From: Terriglobia bacterium
Lineage (GTDB): Bacteria; Acidobacteriota; Polarisedimenticolia; Polarisedimenticolales; JAIQFR01
Reading direction: 5' to 3'
Length of the DNA: 64,000 nucleotides
Assembly: GCA_963748015.1 (NCBI GenBank)
Contig: CAVVHE010000004.1
Coordinates: 1,504,001-1,568,000, forward strand
A program made the position numbers and the translations under genes. Under the pieces are notes generated by a model that saw only the letters and a program-made list of their open reading frames with translations, was not told the DNA's origin and did no database searches. Shown one piece after another: positions 39,277 to 46,653 of this stretch (within the stretch, counting starts at the first letter, position 1; each line of letters begins with the position of its first letter).

Positions 39277-39980
39277 TGCGAGTCGGTCTACCCCTGGCCG
39301 TCGCCGCCGCCGTCCTGGCGGCGCTGCCCGTCCACGCGCAGACGTCCCGGGAGATCGAGCAGCTGCGGAAGGACACCGCGCTCCTTCGCCAGCAACTCGA
39401 GCTCGCCAACGGCGAGAAGTTCTACCTCGTGCTCGACCCCGCGACCTCGAGCCTCGAGCTGATGCTCAAGGGAGCGGTGCTGCAGGACTACAAGGTCCAG
39501 GGGCTCGAGGTCGGCACGCCCCGCGTCGCGTTCGCGACCCGCTCTCTCCCCGAGGGGTGGCGCGGCCGGATCTGGGAGAACGGGAACCTCGTCCCGGCGC
39601 GGGAACTCGACCGGATGGAGATCATCGCCCCGCCGCCGAGCAAGAACGCCGACGAGGACAACGCCCCGGCCGTCCCGATCCCGCAAACCCCCGAGGAGAA
39701 GTACCCGGTGCCCCTGCGATACCACGTCCGCTTCGACGGCGGCCTCTCGATCGAGATCCGGCGGCTCGGCGAGCAGGAGGAGAACACCGGGTTCTGGGGC
39801 GGCCTCAAGAGCTCGCTCGCGCACTGGTGGGCCGACGCCAAGGCGGTGCTGAGCCGCTCGTCGCCCGAGTCCGACGACGTCCGCCTCCGCGTCACGCTCC
39901 AGCAGAAAGAAGCCGACTCGCTCTACCGCGCCCTGCCCCCCAACACGCGCCTGTTCGTACTCCCCTCTCCCGAGCCCTGA
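39276..39980 (+). CDS. Secreted protein, degenerate YkuD-like fold lacking catalytic His/Cys
   Basis: Signal peptide; FYLVLDP...LELMLKG start and LRVTL...ADSLYRALPPNTRLFV end mirror YkuD termini; no Cys in the protein; TGATG overlap. Confidence 0.65.
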   Translation: MRVGLPLAVAAAVLAALPVHAQTSREIEQLRKDTALLRQQLELANGEKFYLVLDPATSSLELMLKGAVLQDYKVQGLEVGTPRVAFATRSLPEGWRGRIWENGNLVPARELDRMEIIAPPPSKNADEDNAPAVPIPQTPEEKYPVPLRYHVRFDGGLSIEIRRLGEQEENTGFWGGLKSSLAHWWADAKAVLSRSSPESDDVRLRVTLQQKEADSLYRALPPNTRLFVLPSPEP

Positions 39981-39991
39981 CCCTTTCGCGC

Positions 39992-40291
39992 ATGTGGTAC
40001 CCTGTACCTGAAGCCCCACACGGGAGAAAGGCCCCTTTGAACGTCCCCCTGGCCGACTTTGTTCCGTGGACCTCCGCCCGTTTCCAAAGCCAAGAAGCCC
40101 GTGACCGATTCCTCTTCGGTGTCGAGACTCTCGAGGGGAGCGCGGTCGAGGTCAAGTCCATGCCCGACGAAGACCGAGGCGCGTTGGTTCGTTGGCGCGC
40201 GGGGCAGTTCCTGGTCTTGAACGACGTCGCCTACGCCCACGGAGGTCGCATCATCATCCCCGTGACGCGGCGACGCACGCGCCTGATCTAG
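39992..40291 (+). CDS. Hypothetical small protein
   Basis: About 99-aa ORF with globular composition; start uncertain; stop TAG coincides with the MITE end. Confidence 0.5.
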   Translation: MWYPVPEAPHGRKAPLNVPLADFVPWTSARFQSQEARDRFLFGVETLEGSAVEVKSMPDEDRGALVRWRAGQFLVLNDVAYAHGGRIIIPVTRRRTRLI

Positions 40292-40453
40292 TGTCCCGAG
40301 TCTGAAGTACGTTGCATATCTCGCCGGCTCTGGCCAGCCCTGGCTTCGTCGGGCCTCCTCGGAATACGCCGGGTATGCCTTCGTCGGCCCTTCTCGCCAG
40401 GACCGCCCATAGCTCGACGAGTTATGCAACGTACTTCAGACTCGGGACACTAG
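40288..40453. mobile_element. 166-bp MITE-like element with perfect 31-bp terminal inverted repeats
   Basis: CTAGTGTCCCGAGTCTGAAGTACGTTGCATA (40288-40318) / TATGCAACGTACTTCAGACTCGGGACACTAG (40423-40453); no transposase ORF inside. Confidence 0.8.
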
Positions 40454-40614
40454 CCGCTCGACGACCCGCCCGGCAGTGATTCACGGGCCGAGGCCGCGCG
40501 ACCCAGTCATACCCCGGCCGTGGCGGACCGACGAGTGATCTCACTGCCCGAAGGTGATCACCCCGGGTGCGCCCGGCTTTCGGCGTATACTCGTTCCAGA
40601 AGGACGGCACGAAG

Positions 40615-40954
40615 ATGCCCGATAATCGCATCAAGATTGCGCCCAATACAGTGGCCGATGCCGACGGGGAACCGCAAGCTCGTCGTGGAGTTCGCCATCC
40701 CAGGAGCGCCAACGGATACCATCGACGTGAAGATCCTGGAAGAGAGCCTCCACCTGACGGCCCCGGCGAGGGACATCGAGTACGTTTCGGCGCTGGCCCT
40801 AGGTTGGCCGGTGAAACCCGGCAAAGCCGAAGCGACCTACGAGCACGGCCTGCTCCGAATCGAGGTGCCCTTCAAGGACCCGATGGAAGATGCCGTGAAG
40901 GTCACCATCAAAGCCGGTGGCGAGGCGACCAAGATCAAGACGTCCGGGGTTTGA
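40615..40954 (+). CDS. Hsp20/alpha-crystallin family small heat-shock protein (frameshift near 40660)
   Basis: MPDNRIKIAP start, then KLVVEFAIPG...IDVKI...AEATYEHGLLRIEVP. Confidence 0.8.
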
Positions 40955-41311
40955 CGACCCGCTAGGTCGCTGCGCTAGAGGCGAGATCTCGGGGGCTTGT
41001 TGCGCCCGGGCGGGCCGCGACCCGGACTCGTTCCACCGTGCCCTGCCCGGCTCCCGGCCAAGGTCTTTCGCCCGCTTCAGGTACCTCCGGACCGTCTTCG
41101 CCGTACGGCCCGTACTCCGGGAGATCGCCATGCGACGTTCACTCCTTCCTGTTGGCGTTGCGACGCTCCTGTTTCCGGAAGAGGGTTGCGTTGCTCACAG
41201 GAGGATTACGGATGGACGTAGCAGAGGCGGGTACCGCAACCCATCCGAAGCCGCTTCACAGGTTCATGCTCGCGTTCCACCCAGCAGCCTCTGTCCTGAA
41301 AGGAGGAGCAG

Positions 41312-42121
41312 ATGAGGTTTAGAGTTCTGTTTCTGTTCACGGCCCTCGTCGTCGCAGCATCCACCGCGTTACCCGCTCACGCCGGAGGGAACGCTAACTT
41401 CGTTCTCGGGGGGCGGTCAATGACCGACAGTAACAACTGGGAGCCCTTTGATTCCCAGGCACTGGCCGGCGTGACCGTGGACTTCGCTCCCGCGAAGTGG
41501 CCCATCAACTTCGAGACGGGAATTCAGGCCTCCGCCAAGACGATGAGCGGATACGGCCTGTACGGCGAGGACGTAACCGCGAGCATCGGGGAGATCTTCT
41601 TCGGTATCAACAAGACCTGGAACGCGAGCGGCGGCAGGATGCATCCGTACGTCGGCGGCGGCGTTGCCTCGGTTACCGCCAAGTTCGAAGACAGCAACGT
41701 CAGCGTCGACGACACCTCGGCCGGCTACTACGTGCACGGCGGGATCTTCTGGCGTCTCGGGCACCGCTTCAACATCGGCTTCGACATCCGTCTCCTCGGC
41801 GGGACAAAGATGGTCTTCGTAGGGATGGAGGGCGACTCGAACTACTCGCAGGCCGGCCTCGTCCTCGGCTGGGGGTGGCCCCGGAGCCAGTTGGGACTTG
41901 ATCCTAGTTTGACTGGCCGCTCGGCCGGGGCCGCTCCGCGAGGACCTCGAAATCCGCGTTATCCAGCGAGTCCGATGACACCCTCGATGGAAGGAACGGG
42001 AACACGGCCGACGACATCCAGGACGCCTCCCTGGGGACACCCGATTTCGATGCCCTGCTGCGGGTTGAGCGCGACGGGAACGGCCCAGGGCGGACCTACA
42101 CCATCGAATACGAGCTACTGA
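41312..42121 (+). CDS. Small outer-membrane beta-barrel protein; barrel ends near 41880 and the rest of the ORF is probably read-through
   Basis: AAAGGAGG SD, signal peptide (AHA), HPYVGGG, GYYVHGG, FNIGFDIR, GLVLGWGW. Confidence 0.75.
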   Translation: MRFRVLFLFTALVVAASTALPAHAGGNANFVLGGRSMTDSNNWEPFDSQALAGVTVDFAPAKWPINFETGIQASAKTMSGYGLYGEDVTASIGEIFFGINKTWNASGGRMHPYVGGGVASVTAKFEDSNVSVDDTSAGYYVHGGIFWRLGHRFNIGFDIRLLGGTKMVFVGMEGDSNYSQAGLVLGWGWPRSQLGLDPSLTGRSAGAAPRGPRNPRYPASPMTPSMEGTGTRPTTSRTPPWGHPISMPCCGLSATGTAQGGPTPSNTSY

Positions 42122-42349
42122 CGCGTCGGGGAACGTGGGGCTCACAACAGACGTTCTGAACGTTCCGCATGATCAGGGCGGGATCGAGGAACCCATCGCG
42201 TTGCGCGTGGATGATGCCGCACCAACCCTGGTGCACTTGGAGCCCATCTGCCGGGCCTAGCACGTCGATGCAATCCGTGGGAACCTCGACCAGGTTCGCG
42301 CAGGAGGATCCAACTGCCCGAAACATGCCCAATACTTTAGTCTGGCCTA
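41962..42349 (+). pseudogene. Relic of the C-terminal part of a large secreted protein
   Basis: SSESDD...GNTADDIQDASLGTPDFDALLRVERDGNGPGRTYTIEY, frameshift, ATDASGN...VPHDQGG, in-frame TAG, then DAIRGNL. No start codon or signal peptide. Confidence 0.6.
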
Positions 42350-42457
42350 GTCCTCCCGCCGCTTCGTAATCAGCAGATCAATCTGTTCCCGTCTGGGTGG
42401 CGACAGCGATCGAATCCGCGGCGTCGCGAATCGCTCGAGGAAGGAAACGGTGAGGGG

Positions 42458-42632
42458 CTACCCCGACTTCGCGATGTCGTCCCCGGCGAGACCTGAGCGG
42501 GACGAGGGGCCCTCGTGCTCGGCGGCCCACTTGCGAATGCCGTCCTGGCGGGTGCCGCCGACCTCGTAGAGCTTCTGCTTGTCGAAGACCATCAGCTCGC
42601 GGGAGTGCCCGCCGACCACGCAGGTCTTCGAC
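42458..42632 (-). repeat. Diverged duplicate of the last 175 bp of nuoI
   Basis: Gap-free alignment to 45978-46152 with about 14 mismatches by manual count (about 92% identity), ending at the same stop codon. Confidence 0.92.
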
Positions 42633-42760
42633 TTCTGGCCCTCGATGCGCTCGAGCAAGCGATCCACTGGCTGCGCCCGGTACGTTTCCATCCTGGCGGC
42701 GGTGTTTTGAGCTCCGAGTCGTTGTATCTTCTGGCCAACATTCCTGCAGGAGCGACCAGC

Positions 42761-45700
42761 ATGGGAATAGGGTCACGGGCCGCAGGGTGGCTGGTGTTGG
42801 GGGCGGCGCTAGCCGCCCAGGCGCCGCCGCCGGCTGCGCCGGCAGTTCCGTTCACCGCGGGCACCGCCACCTGGGACGTGAAGACGCTCGGCAACCACCG
42901 CGCCGTGCTTCAGGTCGGACGGGCATCGCCCGCGGCGCACGCGGTGATCCCGTGGCGCCGCCGCGATCCGCGTCCGCAAGACGTGCGACTGGTGGTGGTG
43001 GACGAGACCACGGGAACCCGTGTCGCCAACGTGCGGCGCGGCACGATCGCCCGCGAGCGCGGTGACTTCTGGTTCGAGCCGGTCTCGGGCGCCGGGCGCT
43101 ACTTCGTGTACTACTTGCCGTTCGAAACCGCCGGGACCAACTACCCGAAGGTGACCTATCTCGCGCCGGACGACGCCCCGGCTCCCGCCTGGATCGCTCG
43201 CCTGGCCGATCGCGCCAACGTGGTCGAAGCGTCGGTTCTCGAGATCCAGGCGATCGACGACTTCAACAGCTTCTTTCCGATGGAGGTGATCGCCACCGCG
43301 GAGGAAACCGCGAGCCTCGTCGCCAGCAGCGCCGGCGCGGCCTACCTCGTCTTCCCCGAAGACCGCCGATACCCGATCCGCATGCGCGGTGACTTGCCGC
43401 AGCGCTGGTTTGCAAGAGGGGCGGGCGGCCCCGTCGCCGGCGAAGCCCGTCGCGGCGAGTTCTTCGCCTTCCAGCTCGGGCTGTACGCGATCGAGCCGTT
43501 GCGGGACGTGCAGGTGCGCTTCGGGGATCTCGTCGCCCCGGGCGGCGCTCGTATCGCCGCCGCACGCCTGCAGTGCATCAACGGACACGGGACCGGCTGG
43601 GACGGTCGCCCCTTTGCCGCGCCGGTGAACGTCGAGGCCAGGACGGTCCAGGCGCTGTGGTGCGCGGTGGACGTGCCCGTCGACGCGATCCCCGGACGTT
43701 ATGCGGGCACGGCCACGATCACGGCCGCGCAGCGACCGGCCACGCCGGTCGACATGGCTCTCACGGTGCTCGAGACGGAGGCACCGGACGGCGGCGCCGA
43801 CGAACCTTGGCTGCAGACGCGGCTGAACTGGCTGAACTCCACGCTCGGCCAGCGCAATGACGTCATCGCGCCGTATACGCCGCTGACGGTGTCGGCCAAC
43901 GCCATCTCCCTGCTGGGCCGCCGCGTCGTGCTCGGCGAAACGGGGCTTCCCGAGCACATCGAGACGTTTTTCGCGCCGGAGATGACCCGCCTGTGTCCGA
44001 CCCCGACCCCGGTTCTCGCGGCGCCGATGCGCTTTGTGGCCGTCGGGAAGGGCGGCACGACCCTGCCGCTGGCCGGCGGCGGCGTTCGCTTCACGGACGT
44101 GTCTCCGGGCACCGTGCGGTGGGAGTCGTCCGCGTCGGCCGGCGCGCTCACCGCGTTGGTCAGCGGCACGATCGAGTTCGACGGGTTCCTCTCGTACTCG
44201 ATCGCGGTCACCGCGTCGGCCGCCGTCGATCTCGATGACGTCCGGCTCGACATTCCTTTCGCGCCGCCTGCCTCCACCTACATGATGGGCCTCGGACAGA
44301 AGGGCGGCCGCAGGCCGGCCTCGTACGACTGGACGTGGGACGTCGCCACGAAGAACCAGGACGGGGCATGGATCGGCGGGGTCAACGCGGGGCTCTACTT
44401 CTCGCTCCGCGCGGAGAACTACAGCCGGCCGCTCAATACCAACTTCTACCTGCAGAAGCCCCTCAATCTCCCCCCCTCCTGGGGCAACGGCGGCAAGGGT
44501 GGCATCTCCATTCGCGAGGCCGGCGACCGGGTGCAGGTGAGCAGCTTCGGCGGCCCTCGCCGGATGCGTGCCGGCGAGACGCTCCACTACGACGTCGTCT
44601 TCATCGTGACGCCGTTCCACGTGATCGATACGGACGCACAGTGGCGGACCCGGTTCTACCACCGCTACGCCGACCCCGAGAGCGTGAAGGCGGCCGGGGC
44701 GACGGTGGTCAACATCCACCACGCCACGCCCATCAACCCGTGGATCAACTACCCCTTCATCGCCCACCGCGAGATGAAGGCCTACGTGGACGAGGCCCAC
44801 CGGCTCGGGTTGCTGGTGAAGATCTACGACACGGTCCGCGAGCTCTCGAATCACGCCCACGAGCTGTTCCCGCTTCGCAGCCTCGGCAACGAGGTGTTCA
44901 CGGCCGGGCCGGGCGGCGGCTTCTCCTGGCTACAGGAACACCTCGGCGACGACTACATGGCCGCGTGGTTCGTGCCCGCCCTGCAGGACGCCGCAATCAT
45001 CAACAGCGGGATGAGCCGCTGGCACAATTACTACGTCGAGGGGATGCGCTGGCTGGTCGACCACGTCGGCATCGACGGGCTCTACCTAGACGACGTCGCG
45101 TTCGACCGCACCACGATGAAGCGCGTCAAGCGGGTGCTCACCGCCGGCGGGCACCCGGGGATCATCGACCTGCACTCGGCCAACCAGTTCAACAAGCGGG
45201 ACGGGTTCGTCAACAGCGCGGTGCTGTACCTCGAGCACTTCCCGTACCTGAACCGCCTCTGGTTCGGCGAGTACTTCGACTACGAGGCGAACTCGCCCGA
45301 CTTCTATCTGACCGAGGTCAGCGGTATCCCCTTCGGCCTGATGGGAGAGATGCTGGAAGGCGGCGGAAACCCGTGGCGGGGCATGGTATACGGCATGACG
45401 AACCGCATGCCGTGGAACGAGAAGAGCGACCCGCGGCCCATCTGGCGGGCGTGGGACGCGTTCGGCATGCAGGGCACCGAGATGATCGGCTACTGGGTCC
45501 CCGCCAACCCGGTGAAGACCGACCGTCCCGACGTGCTCGCCACGGTGTACAGGAAGCCCGGCGCGGCTCTGGTCGCCGTCGCAAGCTGGGCGGAATCTGC
45601 CGTGCCCGTTTCCCTGCGCATCGACTGGGAGGCGCTGGGCATCGATCCGGCGCGTGCGCGCATCGAGGCCCCCGAGATTCCGTCCTTCCAGCCCGCGAGG

Positions 45701-45775
45701 CGGTTCTTGCCGGGTGAGCCGGTCCTGGTCGAGAGCGGCAAGGGGTGGCTGCTGGTCGTCACCGAGGCGCGCTGA
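42761..45775 (+). CDS. Large secreted glycoside-hydrolase-like protein (DUF6067-like)
   Basis: Signal peptide, LGNHRAV, IPWRRRD, NIHHATPINPWINYPF, IDGLYLDD, IDLHSAN, WFGEYFDY. Confidence 0.75.
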   Translation: MGIGSRAAGWLVLGAALAAQAPPPAAPAVPFTAGTATWDVKTLGNHRAVLQVGRASPAAHAVIPWRRRDPRPQDVRLVVVDETTGTRVANVRRGTIARERGDFWFEPVSGAGRYFVYYLPFETAGTNYPKVTYLAPDDAPAPAWIARLADRANVVEASVLEIQAIDDFNSFFPMEVIATAEETASLVASSAGAAYLVFPEDRRYPIRMRGDLPQRWFARGAGGPVAGEARRGEFFAFQLGLYAIEPLRDVQVRFGDLVAPGGARIAAARLQCINGHGTGWDGRPFAAPVNVEARTVQALWCAVDVPVDAIPGRYAGTATITAAQRPATPVDMALTVLETEAPDGGADEPWLQTRLNWLNSTLGQRNDVIAPYTPLTVSANAISLLGRRVVLGETGLPEHIETFFAPEMTRLCPTPTPVLAAPMRFVAVGKGGTTLPLAGGGVRFTDVSPGTVRWESSASAGALTALVSGTIEFDGFLSYSIAVTASAAVDLDDVRLDIPFAPPASTYMMGLGQKGGRRPASYDWTWDVATKNQDGAWIGGVNAGLYFSLRAENYSRPLNTNFYLQKPLNLPPSWGNGGKGGISIREAGDRVQVSSFGGPRRMRAGETLHYDVVFIVTPFHVIDTDAQWRTRFYHRYADPESVKAAGATVVNIHHATPINPWINYPFIAHREMKAYVDEAHRLGLLVKIYDTVRELSNHAHELFPLRSLGNEVFTAGPGGGFSWLQEHLGDDYMAAWFVPALQDAAIINSGMSRWHNYYVEGMRWLVDHVGIDGLYLDDVAFDRTTMKRVKRVLTAGGHPGIIDLHSANQFNKRDGFVNSAVLYLEHFPYLNRLWFGEYFDYEANSPDFYLTEVSGIPFGLMGEMLEGGGNPWRGMVYGMTNRMPWNEKSDPRPIWRAWDAFGMQGTEMIGYWVPANPVKTDRPDVLATVYRKPGAALVAVASWAESAVPVSLRIDWEALGIDPARARIEAPEIPSFQPARRFLPGEPVLVESGKGWLLVVTEAR

Positions 45776-45820
45776 CGCCGCGCCCTGAACGGCGTCGTTC
45801 GGATCCGGTCCAAGCAGGGA

Positions 45821-45943
45821 ATGGAGACTCCCGTGAAGCGGGTCACGCTCGCGCTGGCGGTCGCCGTCTGTTGCGGTCTCGTCGGCCCTGCGCGCGCCCA
45901 GGATGCGGGGCGCGCCGCATGCGGCGCTGATCGGTCCCCGTGA
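45821..45943 (+). pseudogene. Signal-peptide-only gene stub
   Basis: METPVKRVTLALAVAVCCGLVGPARA-QDAG... terminates after 40 aa, next to the nuoI stop. Confidence 0.4.
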
Positions 45944-45977
45944 CGGTGTTGACGGATAGGAGGGAGAACTCCGGGAA

Positions 45978-46538
45978 CTACCCCGCCTTGGCGATGTCGT
46001 CCCCGTCGAGACCGGAGCGGGAGGAGGGGCCCTTGTTCTCTTCGGCCCACTTGCGGATGCCGTCCTGGCGGGTGCCGCCGACCTCGTAGAGCTTCTGCTT
46101 GTCGAAGATCATCAGCTCGCGGGAGTGCCCGACGACGACGTAGGTCTTCGACATGAAGATCGCTTCCTCGGGGCAGACCTCCTCGCACAGCCCGCAGTAG
46201 ATGCAGCGGAGCATGTTGATGTCGAATCTAGCGGGGTACTTCTCGATCTGGTGGAGCGGGTGCCCCTTCGGGTACTCCGCGGCCTCGATCGAGATGGCGA
46301 GGGGCGGGCAGACCCACTGGCACATGTAGCAGCCGACGCACTTCTCGCGCCCGTCCTGGTCCTTCACGAGAGAGGGAACGCCGCGGTAGGCCGGGCCGAA
46401 CTCGTGCTTCTGCTCGGGGTACTGGATGGTGTCCTTCTTCCGGAAGATGTGCCGGAAGGTCACGCCGAGCCCCGCCACGATGCTCGGGAGGTAGAGCCGG
46501 TCCCGGAGCGTGAGCTTCACCGGACGCTTCACCTTCAT
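45978..46538 (-). CDS. nuoI: NADH-quinone oxidoreductase subunit I
   Basis: TIQYPEQK, CVGCYMCQWVCP, FDINMLRCIYCGLCEEVCPEEAI. Confidence 0.95.
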   Translation of the reverse strand: MKVKRPVKLTLRDRLYLPSIVAGLGVTFRHIFRKKDTIQYPEQKHEFGPAYRGVPSLVKDQDGREKCVGCYMCQWVCPPLAISIEAAEYPKGHPLHQIEKYPARFDINMLRCIYCGLCEEVCPEEAIFMSKTYVVVGHSRELMIFDKQKLYEVGGTRQDGIRKWAEENKGPSSRSGLDGDDIAKAG

Positions 46539-46653
46539 GCGCGGACTCCCCTCGGACGGCCGCGCACCGAGCGCGCGGTCCGGCGATCCGACGATCTTAC
46601 CCTTTCCGTTTCGAGCGCGGCAACCGGTCCCCGCCCCGCGGCGGCCTCGCGGA

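Noticed and set aside
42458..42691. 77-aa ORF as an independent nuoI-like gene
   Set aside because: Lacks both ferredoxin motifs; its first ~19 codons are unrelated sequence joined to the duplicated nuoI tail.
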